From an uncultured bacterium (GTDB lineage Bacteria; Patescibacteriota; Minisyncoccia; Phycocordibacterales; UBA2100): DNA of 64,000 nt. The first letter of the stretch is position 1. Each line of letters opens with the position of its first letter. The translations under genes and the position numbers were made by a program. Positions 1 to 8,806 of the stretch are shown here, one piece after another. Location: positions 40,697 through 104,696 of the forward strand of contig CAIJXH010000004.1 in assembly GCA_903824595.1 (NCBI GenBank), read 5' to 3'. The notes below the pieces were generated by a model. That model had not been told where the DNA came from, made no database searches, and saw only the letters and a list, made by a program, of their open reading frames with translations.

Positions 1-189
1 GCCGTCGTAAACAAGAAATCAAAAAACCCTAAGTAAAATGCAACCAACACAGAAAAAGCGACGACGAGCATCGTGTATTGTATCGTCTGGGTACGGGTCG
101 GCCATGCCACGTGCTGCAATTCTGCTCGCGTATCTTTTAGATAGGTGAAAAAACTCATACGAGACAACATTATATACTATGCAATAATA

Positions 190-207
190 AAACCCCTCGC
201 GGGGTTT
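190..207. terminator. Short GC hairpin (AAACCCC-TCGC-GGGGTTT), possible terminator or regulatory stem
   Basis: 7-bp inverted repeat with an A-rich 5' flank, in non-coding DNA upstream of the speA promoter. Confidence 0.35.
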
Positions 208-245
208 ACGCAATACTATACGAACGCGGGAGGAAGTCAAGCAAC

Positions 246-273
246 TTGCATATTTTTAGGAACATTGTACAAT
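246..273 (+). promoter_or_regulatory. Sigma70-type promoter for the polyamine operon
   Basis: TTGCAT (246-251), 16-nt spacer, TACAAT (268-273), upstream of speA. Confidence 0.5.
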
Positions 274-347
274 AGCACCCATATCAGCGTTATGTAATCA
301 TGTCGGGCGGGCAGAGCGCAGCTCACGCCACCCACCGCACATCAGAA

Positions 348-1778
348 ATGAACGCAATAAGTCTCGAAGAGACAATCCAAAAAAATAACAAGAGAAAGAA
401 GTCTCGTACTAAGAAAAAGAAAAACGGTTACAAAAAACTGTGGCTTCTTGGGCGAGAAGACGTGAATACTGGTCACTGCGACATCTCACCCGAGGGTGAG
501 CTTATCGTCCGCGAAGGCAACTTTCAATACAACATCCACGATATCATAAAAAAATACGGATCGCCTGCAAAAATATTTTTTCCGAGCATCATCAGTAATC
601 GAGTGCGCGATCTTATAGAAACATTCAACGCGTACATAAAAGTGACGGGGTATCGTGGTCGGTTTGCATATCATTACCCAATGAAAGCAAATCAAAATCG
701 CGAATTTGTACTGCCCGCCGTTGCCGAGGGTGCAAATTTGGAAACATCATCCGCCAATGAACTTTTTTTGGTGAAACGAATGATTGAGCAAGAAAAATTC
801 AACACGAGAATCAGAGTCATTTGCAATGGCCCAAAAACGGAACGGTATATCGAACTTATCGAGGAACTGCGCGCAAAGGGACTTTCGGTCATCCCCATTG
901 TCGAAAACGCCACAGAACTCGAACGTCTCAGTAAATTCAAGGGAGAAATCGGAGTGCGCGTCGACCTGAGCGTCAAGACAAATGGTCATTGGGACAAACA
1001 ATTCAGTCAGTTCGGATTTGCAGAACACGAAATTCTCGCGTTGGGAAAAGTGCGCAATCTTGCAGTATTGCACTATCATATTTCGAGCCAAATGCAGCAC
1101 ATCACCGATTTTATTCAACTCTTGAAACGCGCTCTCGAACTATACGCGAAGCTGCGCGAGAAAAATCCTGGACTTGATACTCTCAATATTGGCAGCGGCG
1201 CTTCTGTGCCATACGACAAACGAAAACGTCTCTATTCTGGAAAATCGCTCATAAGTCAAATCATTCGATCAGCAAAAAAACAATGCGAGACGCTCGGTAT
1301 ACGTCACCCCAATCTCATCGTTGAATGGGGGCAATACGTTATGGCACCTGCACAAATGACCATCTACAAAGTCATATCGGAAAAACAAGCATACAACAAA
1401 GGCGGTAACCACTGGTACACGATCGATGGCAGCTTCATCAACGACCTCACCGATACATGGGCGATCAAACAAAAATGGCACGTGGTTCCTGTCAACCATC
1501 TGCACAATCGTAAACTAACGCATACGTGGCTCGTTGGATCGACGTGCGATAGCGACGATCGGTATACGGCAGGCGGCTCATACATTCCGTTGCCTCGTCT
1601 TGAAGACTGCGATGAACTTTTCATTGCGCTCTTCGACACGGGAGCATATCAAGACACCCTTGCGTCACATCACTGTCTTTTGTCTGCTCCCATCAAACTC
1701 ATGGCGGCAAATGGCGAGGTCAAGGTCGTGCGCAAGCGCGAAACACCAGAAGATGTTGGCAAGCAATTTGGATGGTAG
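348..1778 (+). CDS. speA: Arginine decarboxylase (PLP-dependent, alanine-racemase fold), short SpeA-like form
   Basis: HYPMKANQ (cf. SpeA YPIKVNQ PLP lysine), CNGPK, HYHISSQ, GSTCDSDD, GAYQD; first gene of an operon with agmatinase. Start may be 300 or 348. Confidence 0.8.
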   Translation: MNAISLEETIQKNNKRKKSRTKKKKNGYKKLWLLGREDVNTGHCDISPEGELIVREGNFQYNIHDIIKKYGSPAKIFFPSIISNRVRDLIETFNAYIKVTGYRGRFAYHYPMKANQNREFVLPAVAEGANLETSSANELFLVKRMIEQEKFNTRIRVICNGPKTERYIELIEELRAKGLSVIPIVENATELERLSKFKGEIGVRVDLSVKTNGHWDKQFSQFGFAEHEILALGKVRNLAVLHYHISSQMQHITDFIQLLKRALELYAKLREKNPGLDTLNIGSGASVPYDKRKRLYSGKSLISQIIRSAKKQCETLGIRHPNLIVEWGQYVMAPAQMTIYKVISEKQAYNKGGNHWYTIDGSFINDLTDTWAIKQKWHVVPVNHLHNRKLTHTWLVGSTCDSDDRYTAGGSYIPLPRLEDCDELFIALFDTGAYQDTLASHHCLLSAPIKLMAANGEVKVVRKRETPEDVGKQFGW

Positions 1779-1833
1779 TATAGTGGAAGATTTGTACAAA
1801 TTTGATCGCATTATTTTGTAATTTTGTATCATC

Positions 1834-3066
1834 ATGACAAAAAATACCGGGTGCGTCCTTATTATCGGCGCGGGCGGCGTGGGAAGCGTTGTCGCGCACA
1901 AATGCGCACAAAATAAAGATGTATTCACCAAGATTCACCTCGCAAGTCGCTCGATCGGCAAACCCAACGCAATCAAAAAAGACATCAAGAAACGCTGGGG
2001 CGTTTCCATCACCACGCACATCGTCGACGCCGACAAATCCAAGCAGGTCGCCGCACTCATTCGCAAGATAAAGCCCGCGCTCGTCATCAACGTTGCGCTT
2101 CCCTACCAAGACCTCGCCATCATGGATGCGTGTCTTGCAACTGGCGTGCACTACGTCGACACCGCCAATTACGAACCGCGCGATAAAGCAAAGTTCGAGT
2201 ACAAGTGGCAGTGGGCGTACCAGAACAAATTCAAAAAGAAAGGCATCATGGCAGTCTTGGGAGCCGGATTTGATCCTGGCGTAAGCAACGCGTACTGTGC
2301 ATACGTCTTGAAAAAACACTTTGATACGGTGCGTTTCGTCGACATTCTCGACGCCAATGCCGGCAGCCACGAGAAGGCGTTTGCGACCAATTTCAACCCA
2401 GAGATCAACATTCGCGAAGTTACCCAAACCGTACGCCACTGGGCAAACGGGAAATGGATTGAAACTCCCGCGGTGATGGATAAAGGTAGCGTACATTTTT
2501 CTTTCGACTATCCAATCGCCGGACCAAAAGAAAGTTACCTGCTCTACCATGAGGAGATGGAATCGCTCGTCAAACATCTTCCCGGACTGGAACGCATGCG
2601 TTTCTGGATGACCTTCTCCGAAAATTACCTCAACCACTTGCGCGTCATGGAAAACATTGGTATCTCGAGCATCAAGCCAATCGACTTCCAAGGTAAAAAA
2701 ATAGTGCCGATTGAATTCCTGAAAGCGATCCTCCCCGATCCAGCTTCGCTCGCCACCAAATACACCGGCAAAACGGTAATCGGCTGCATCGTCACTGGAG
2801 TGAAAGACGGAAAAGAGAGCACGAAATACATTTACAACGTCTGCGACCACGAGGAATCATTCAAAGAAGTCGGCTCACAGGCGATCTCCTACACCACCGG
2901 CGTACCCGCGATGTCGGCAGCACTGATGGTGATGAAAGGCATCTGGAGCGGCAAAGGAGTGTTCAACATCGAACAGCTCGATCCCGAACCATTCCTCGAA
3001 ACAGTATCCAAGAACGGACTCCCCTTCACCGTCGTCGATTACACGCCATTGCCGGAGAAGATATAG
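1834..3066 (+). CDS. Carboxy(nor)spermidine dehydrogenase (saccharopine dehydrogenase family)
   Basis: IIGAGGVG Rossmann motif, NVALPYQDL, YVDTANYEP, GFDPG, ATNFNPEINIRE, YHEE, QAISYTTGVPAM. Confidence 0.92.
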   Translation: MTKNTGCVLIIGAGGVGSVVAHKCAQNKDVFTKIHLASRSIGKPNAIKKDIKKRWGVSITTHIVDADKSKQVAALIRKIKPALVINVALPYQDLAIMDACLATGVHYVDTANYEPRDKAKFEYKWQWAYQNKFKKKGIMAVLGAGFDPGVSNAYCAYVLKKHFDTVRFVDILDANAGSHEKAFATNFNPEINIREVTQTVRHWANGKWIETPAVMDKGSVHFSFDYPIAGPKESYLLYHEEMESLVKHLPGLERMRFWMTFSENYLNHLRVMENIGISSIKPIDFQGKKIVPIEFLKAILPDPASLATKYTGKTVIGCIVTGVKDGKESTKYIYNVCDHEESFKEVGSQAISYTTGVPAMSAALMVMKGIWSGKGVFNIEQLDPEPFLETVSKNGLPFTVVDYTPLPEKI

Positions 3067-3074
3067 CGTGTTTG

Positions 3075-3083
3075 TGGTATAAT
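3075..3083 (+). promoter_or_regulatory. Extended -10 promoter (TGGTATAAT) of the TA module, leaderless
   Basis: Perfect TGnTATAAT 6 nt upstream of ATG 3090, no Shine-Dalgarno. Confidence 0.65.
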
Positions 3084-3089
3084 ACAGGG

Positions 3090-3314
3090 ATGGAATTCCG
3101 CCGCTCACTCTTCTGGGACGTTGATCCCTCGACCATCGACGAGGAGAAACATGCGCGCTACATCATCGAGCGCATTCTCGATTTCGGCACCGACAAAGAA
3201 GCCCGGTGGATGTATCAGCGGTATCCGCACACCATCATTCGCGACGTACTGAATCATTCTCGCGTGCTGATTCCAAAGACACGAGCGTTATGGAACGAAC
3301 TAATTCCTCAATGA
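3090..3314 (+). CDS. DUF6922-like small protein, putative antitoxin
   Basis: LFWDVD...YIIERILDFG motif; stop overlaps the downstream NTase start (ATGA). Confidence 0.75.
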   Translation: MEFRRSLFWDVDPSTIDEEKHARYIIERILDFGTDKEARWMYQRYPHTIIRDVLNHSRVLIPKTRALWNELIPQ

Positions 3315-3976
3315 CATTACATCTTGATGCACTGCCGGCAGCCACGCAACGCGCGTTTGAGTTTTTCTCCAACGCAAAGTGGTTAGCCGACGACACATGG
3401 TACCTTGCGGGTGGCACCGCACTCACCCTTCAGGTCGGACACCGTAGTTCTGAAGATCTTGATTTCTTCACGCAACATAAAGAATTTTCACAAACAAGCG
3501 TATTGAATCATCTGTCTGAGCCGGATTGGGTGACGAACGACATGTGGGAAGGAACAATCTACGGCGCATATAAACATGCAAAGGTGAGCTTTATCGCCTA
3601 TCCATTTTTCGTGCCGAAAGCGGAAAAAATAGCTCATGGCGCGCTTTCAATGCTATCCATGCGCGACATCGCCGTCATGAAAATTATTGCGACCAGTCAG
3701 CGCGGACGCAAACGCGATTTCCTCGACCTCTATTGGTATGCAAAAAACGCCGAGCCGCTCCTTGACATCATCCTTCGCCTGCCGGAACAGTATCCGACAG
3801 TCGCACACGACTATCAGCATATTCTCAAAAGCATGCTGTATTTCTCCGACGCCGACAACGACCCGATGCCCACCCTCTTCTTCAAAGCCGACTGGGACGA
3901 AATCAAATCCTTCTTCCGTCGCGAGATTCCTCCGATTGCGAAACGATTGATGGGATTAGAAGAAAACAACATATGA
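3311..3976 (+). CDS. AbiEii/AbiGii-family nucleotidyltransferase toxin
   Basis: YLAGGTAL...HRSSEDLDFF, MKIIA...RGRKRDFLDLY motifs. Confidence 0.88.
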   Translation: MTLHLDALPAATQRAFEFFSNAKWLADDTWYLAGGTALTLQVGHRSSEDLDFFTQHKEFSQTSVLNHLSEPDWVTNDMWEGTIYGAYKHAKVSFIAYPFFVPKAEKIAHGALSMLSMRDIAVMKIIATSQRGRKRDFLDLYWYAKNAEPLLDIILRLPEQYPTVAHDYQHILKSMLYFSDADNDPMPTLFFKADWDEIKSFFRREIPPIAKRLMGLEENNI

Positions 3977-5196
3977 GTATTCGTCCCGCGTCTCGCTTAA
4001 TTCCAGAGCACGTACCCACCCCCGCCTTCGTCATCGAAGAACATGTACTTCGACATAATCTTTCGATTTTGAAGCGTGTGCGGGAGGCAACGGGCTGCAA
4101 GATGTTCCAAGCGCTCAAGACGTGGGCGACGTGGGAGCTATTCCCCATCGTGCGCGAGTACCTCGACGGCACGGAGGTGAGCTCGCTCAACGAAGCGCGG
4201 CTCGGCTACGATGAATTCAACCACAACGTGCACATGTACGCGCCCGCGTACAAAGATGAGGAATTTGCCGACATTCTGAAATACTGCTCAACCATCATTT
4301 TCAACTCCTTTGGTCAGTGGAAGAAATTCAAGCCGCAGGTGGAAGCATTCGAGAAAGAGACAGGGCAAAAGCGCGAGTGCGGCTTGCGCATCAATCCCGA
4401 GCACACCGGAAAAAATGAGCATGGCGGCTTGTGGAGTCCGTGCGCACCCGGCTCGCGTCTTGGCATCCGCATCAGCGAGTTTGAAACAGCGCTTGCGGCA
4501 GATCCGCACGCACTCGACGGCATCAGCGGATTCCATTTCCACATCTTCTTCGACAAGCAGCTACCCGACCTCGCCGATGCACTGCCAGTGATTGAAGAAA
4601 AATTTGGGAAATATTTCGCAGAGATGCAGTGGATCAACTTTGGCGGCGGTCAGCAGATCACCAACGACGAGTACGACGTGGAAGGACTCATCACACTGAT
4701 TACTGAGTTTCAGAAAAAACACGGCGTTGTCGCCCACCTCGAACCGGGTGCCGCCACTGTAAAACTCGTCGGCGCACTAGTCGCTTCCGTGCTCGACATC
4801 GTGCATCGCGACGATGTTCCGTATAAAATCGCCGTGCTCGACATGTCGTTCAATGCGCACACGCCCGACTTCCTCCTCTCCCCCGATCTCGATATGCCGA
4901 TACGTGGTGCACGCATCGTGCGCACCGCTTCCGACATCACGCAGGACGAGCACGCCTACCAGCTCGCCGGAGGCACCTGTGTGACCGGCGACAAACTCGC
5001 ACAGTTCCACATCTTCGACCAGCCACTCAAGCACGGCGACCGTATCGTGATGGAAGACGGCATCCAATACAACATGGTACAGTGCACAATGTTCAACGGC
5101 GTCCAGCATCCCGCAATCTACTTTCTGAAGGAAACCGGCGAAATGCACTTGATTCGCCGCTTTACGTACGACGATTTCCGCGCGAGAATGGGCTGA
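3973..5196 (+). CDS. nspC: Carboxy(nor)spermidine decarboxylase
   Basis: PTPAFV, ALK (PLP Lys), SSLNEARLG, GLRINPE, PCAPGSRLG, GFHFH, WINFGGG, HTPD, FNGV. Confidence 0.88.
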   Translation: MSIRPASRLIPEHVPTPAFVIEEHVLRHNLSILKRVREATGCKMFQALKTWATWELFPIVREYLDGTEVSSLNEARLGYDEFNHNVHMYAPAYKDEEFADILKYCSTIIFNSFGQWKKFKPQVEAFEKETGQKRECGLRINPEHTGKNEHGGLWSPCAPGSRLGIRISEFETALAADPHALDGISGFHFHIFFDKQLPDLADALPVIEEKFGKYFAEMQWINFGGGQQITNDEYDVEGLITLITEFQKKHGVVAHLEPGAATVKLVGALVASVLDIVHRDDVPYKIAVLDMSFNAHTPDFLLSPDLDMPIRGARIVRTASDITQDEHAYQLAGGTCVTGDKLAQFHIFDQPLKHGDRIVMEDGIQYNMVQCTMFNGVQHPAIYFLKETGEMHLIRRFTYDDFRARMG

Positions 5197-6245
5197 TGGA
5201 AAAAGATTTTGATCCCAATGGAATCGGGCAAGAAAACGCAGGCATATTTGGATTACCATTCTCACCGAGCGAAGCGCAATTGGTACTTATCCCCGCACCG
5301 TGGGGCGTGACAGTTTCATATGGTGGAGGAACGCAAGAAGGACCGCGGGCAATCTATAAAGCGTCGCCGCAAATAGATTTCTACCACCCGAGCTATGGAT
5401 CAGATTCATGGAAACTCGGTATCGCGATGCTGCCACTACACGAGTGGGACGACGCATACCAGAAAGGACTCGCGCTGCGCACGCGCGCCGAGGCATACAT
5501 TGAAGAGCTCGGTCGCGGCACACCGAGCGATATGGAAGATGCGCTCGCCTCGATCAACACAGGATGTGGAGAATTCCACGCGCGCATAGAACGCACCGCT
5601 ATTGATCTCCTCAACCAAAACAAACTCGTCGGAATTGTGGGAGGCGATCACTCCACATCACTCGGACTCATGCGGGCACTCGCCAAGAAGCACGGCGACT
5701 TCGGCATTCTTCAAATCGACGCACACTGCGATCTGCGCGACGCGTACGAAGGATTCACGTACTCACATGCCTCGATTATGCACAACGCCCTGAAAATGAA
5801 CGGGGTGCAAAAACTCACACAGGTCGGTATTCGTGATTATTCTATCGGCGAGTACGAAACCATCGCCACATCCAACGGCCGCATCCACACGTTCTTCGAC
5901 ACCGATCTCACACAGCGGCAGTTCCGCGGAGAATCCTGGCACACGATCGTGGAGAGTATCGTGGAGACACTGCCGCAAAACGTATACGTCAGTTTCGACA
6001 TCGACGGACTTGATCCTGCGCTTTGTCCGCACACCGGCACTCCTGTACCGGGCGGATTGCAATTCCATGAAGCACTGTATCTTATCCGAGCTGTCGCGGA
6101 GTCTGGAAAACACATGATTGGCTTTGATGTGAACGAAGTGTCCCCGTCGCACGCAAACGAGTGGGACGCCAACGTCGGCATGCGCATCCTCTGGAACATT
6201 GCGCTCTGGGCGGCAAAGTCCAATGGACTCAACCCGCTTTCATGA
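5196..6245 (+). CDS. speB: Agmatinase (ureohydrolase)
   Basis: GGDHS, DAHCD, SHAS, SFDIDGLDP, TGTPVPGG; TGATG coupling to nspC. Confidence 0.9.
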   Translation: MEKDFDPNGIGQENAGIFGLPFSPSEAQLVLIPAPWGVTVSYGGGTQEGPRAIYKASPQIDFYHPSYGSDSWKLGIAMLPLHEWDDAYQKGLALRTRAEAYIEELGRGTPSDMEDALASINTGCGEFHARIERTAIDLLNQNKLVGIVGGDHSTSLGLMRALAKKHGDFGILQIDAHCDLRDAYEGFTYSHASIMHNALKMNGVQKLTQVGIRDYSIGEYETIATSNGRIHTFFDTDLTQRQFRGESWHTIVESIVETLPQNVYVSFDIDGLDPALCPHTGTPVPGGLQFHEALYLIRAVAESGKHMIGFDVNEVSPSHANEWDANVGMRILWNIALWAAKSNGLNPLS

Positions 6246-6372
6246 CCTCACGCGCCCATACATTGATCTCGTCGCTTGAAAATGTTGTTCGCATATTCTT
6301 TTCTTTTGTTAATTGACTAAGGTTAACAAAAGAAAGCTGTGCCCCGTGTCCACTTTTTGGGGTACAGATCAC

Positions 6373-6460
6373 TGGCGGAGGGGGTGGGATTCGAACCCAC
6401 GGTGCCTTGCGACACACCTGTTTTCAAGACAGGAGCACTAGACCACTATGCGACCCCTCC
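6373..6460 (-). tRNA. tRNA-Ser(TGA)
   Basis: GGAGGGG/CCCCTCC acceptor stem, anticodon arm CCTGT-CTTGAAA-ACAGG, long variable arm, GTTCGAATC, encoded CCA. Confidence 0.96.
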
Positions 6461-6503
6461 TACGAGTCTTTTGTACCATACAACCACCCACCCCACCACT
6501 GCT

Positions 6504-8453
6504 CTACCGCACCGTTACCAATGCCGTCGCGCTTCGCGTGTTGCCGCCGAGCGTCGCGCATTGAATGGCAAACGTGGTCGATGTGGCAAGAGCAGGGGTG
6601 ATCACCGTCCCGTTGACCGCAGTATTGCTTGCGTTGGAGGCAGTGAAGCTGGGCAGATCGGGACTCGACACCACGCACGAGCTCATCCCCGACGTAACCC
6701 ACCCGAGCGTCGATTTGTCGCCCGCGACGATCGCTGCTGGATTTGCCACAAATATCAGTGACACGCGCGCCACCTGCACCGAACACTGCGCCGTACCCGT
6801 GAGCCCACTGTCTGTACACGTGAGACCAAACGTCGCCGTGTTGCTGCCTGCGAGAGGATTGGGCGCTGCCACCGTAACAGGACTCGAGCTTGCCGCCGAA
6901 AACCCTCCGCCCACCGCCGTCCCCGACGAACACGAATACGATACCGTAACAGGCGCGCCCACATCCGCCACGCTTGGCGCACACGCAATAGATGCCGTCG
7001 GGGTCGTTTTGGCTGCCACCGTTGCCGACGCAGCACCAGGCACACACTGCCATCCCGATATGCACGATCCGCTATACGTCGCACGCCACGCTCCACCTGT
7101 GCACGAGCTACTATCGGGCTGCGAGGGCTGATTACCACACGACGAAGCGGAAGGATAGGGAGAATACCCATACCCGCTATTGGCATTCTTGTTGCCAGAA
7201 AAGAGCCCCGATACCATGCTTCCTATCGCATATATGCCCGCCCCCTGAATGATGCCGTTCATCAACCCTCCGCTCTCACCACCCAAAAAGCCCGAGTAGT
7301 TGCCCTTCCCAAAGTCACCGCCAGGTCCTGCACCTATCTTGATGCAATCTTTGCCAATGAGCGAGTAGCCGTCGAGCAACGTACACGCGCCTGATTGCTT
7401 GTTCCTTTTCATACACGGCACATCGGGTGTACACGCTCCACCCGTGGCACCTTCAGCAATACTCTTTCTTTCTCCATCACCATTCAACTTTGGAGGAGGT
7501 TGATTGGGATTAGCTGGAGCAGCTGGATCAGGTGAGGCTGGAGATTGAGCGGGCTTCGGTTGAATGTTTTCTGCCTGCGTGCCATTGTCTGCTTGTGTAT
7601 CACCAAGGTAAGTCTCGCGTACGTAAGATCCCTGAGGGGTCCTGCTGTTAGGATTGGTGCAGACTCCCTCTCCATTATTAGCATGATCTTTGCACACAAG
7701 TTGTGCCGGCGGAACAACGGGAGCCGGTGGACGCAAGAAATCTCCACATGTTCCTGCTGTGCGACTGGAGATTCGACTAACCGGTTCTTTTCCGTCTCCT
7801 GTGTAACGGCCTTCTTTATTATAATCTGGAATATTTGTAAACTCACACACCGTGCTAGCTCCTGAGTTGTCCTTCACCAACAATCTGCATTCTGTTGCGT
7901 TAATGTCTGCACAATCGTTGTCTTGTTTCGCACGTTCACATCTAGCTTCAAGAATATCTTTTGAATTTGAAGAAGGTGGTGTGCAGGAAACGTTTCCAAA
8001 ACTACAATAATTATTCTGATATTTTTTCCACTCCCCCCCCGTAAATACACCTCTGGAGTTCTCGCTTTCGTAGGTAACGTTGCCTAGAGTACACCTTTCG
8101 TTCCGAGAATTAGCGCTCCATTCAGGAATTAGGTTCTGATTTCCTTTTACATAATAGAAACATTGTGTCGATCTGGCTTTTGCAATAATACAATTGTTCA
8201 TTGTATCAGGTGTGTCACTTGCGAGACACTCAGTAAATTTCTGCTTGTAAATAACTCGCACCTCTCCAGGAAAACAATTCTTGATTGTAATTTTATCGTT
8301 GTTTGATATCGACGCGGCCTCTGCGGCCGCGGTCTGCGACGCGCGGTTGAGCTGTGCAAACTGCGCAGTGGCGGTGGCGCCGAGCATGCCGACAAGCATG
8401 ATACCTCCCAAGATCGAAGACCCGCGCGCTACCCGAGATGAACACCGATACAT
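6504..8453 (-). CDS. Secreted or membrane-anchored Cys-rich surface protein with C-terminal Ig-like repeats
   Basis: N-terminal hydrophobic segment, many Cys, Pro-rich linker, two beta-rich C-terminal domains; start uncertain (8399/8453/8477). Confidence 0.7.
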   Translation of the reverse strand: MYRCSSRVARGSSILGGIMLVGMLGATATAQFAQLNRASQTAAAEAASISNNDKITIKNCFPGEVRVIYKQKFTECLASDTPDTMNNCIIAKARSTQCFYYVKGNQNLIPEWSANSRNERCTLGNVTYESENSRGVFTGGEWKKYQNNYCSFGNVSCTPPSSNSKDILEARCERAKQDNDCADINATECRLLVKDNSGASTVCEFTNIPDYNKEGRYTGDGKEPVSRISSRTAGTCGDFLRPPAPVVPPAQLVCKDHANNGEGVCTNPNSRTPQGSYVRETYLGDTQADNGTQAENIQPKPAQSPASPDPAAPANPNQPPPKLNGDGERKSIAEGATGGACTPDVPCMKRNKQSGACTLLDGYSLIGKDCIKIGAGPGGDFGKGNYSGFLGGESGGLMNGIIQGAGIYAIGSMVSGLFSGNKNANSGYGYSPYPSASSCGNQPSQPDSSSCTGGAWRATYSGSCISGWQCVPGAASATVAAKTTPTASIACAPSVADVGAPVTVSYSCSSGTAVGGGFSAASSSPVTVAAPNPLAGSNTATFGLTCTDSGLTGTAQCSVQVARVSLIFVANPAAIVAGDKSTLGWVTSGMSSCVVSSPDLPSFTASNASNTAVNGTVITPALATSTTFAIQCATLGGNTRSATALVTVR

Positions 8454-8515
8454 CTCGTCATGATCGCGCGAAAGCACCGCAAGCGCAATACCACCCCAGT
8501 GGAAATCCTAGGGCG

Positions 8516-8535
8516 TATCCCCTCACGACATGTTC
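8516..8535 (+). repeat. Truncated copy of the 119-bp palindromic element (left arm only)
   Basis: TATCCCCTCACGACATGTTC is identical to part of 49167-49285. Confidence 0.7.
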
Positions 8536-8806
8536 AATGATCCCGATCGTTGACATCTGTCGTATCCCCTTGCCTAATTCAAACCCCCTTGACCCGCAGG
8601 TGCAGGGGGGGTAGGGTGAACAGGTTGGGAGCGTTTCTGCATCTCGGTACCGTGTGGTGTGCCTCCGTGACAGCGAGGCATAGCGACACAATTTCTGCTT
8701 TCCCCTACGCGCAACCACACAAAAAAGGCTTATCATCGTCGGCACACAACATCCTTCCACGAGCGTGGCATGCTCGCGTGCAAGGAACCATACAGTCGGG
8801 CACGTC

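Noticed and set aside
19-240. 73-aa ORF at the window start
   Set aside because: No motif, overlaps hairpin and promoter-like AT-rich DNA; cannot be supported.
1720-2850. 376-aa antisense ORF (and similar long shadows at 36051-37109, 17016-17846, 60821-61636, 31207-32160, 8458-9342)
   Set aside because: They lie opposite well-supported genes and have no recognisable motifs; expected from codon bias.
348-6372. Genomic island integrated at tRNA-Ser
   Set aside because: No duplicate of the tRNA 3' end and no integrase within the window; the other boundary could lie outside, so this is unsupported here.
6504-8453. Diversity-generating retroelement target
   Set aside because: No reverse transcriptase and no TR/VR pair differing at adenines was seen.
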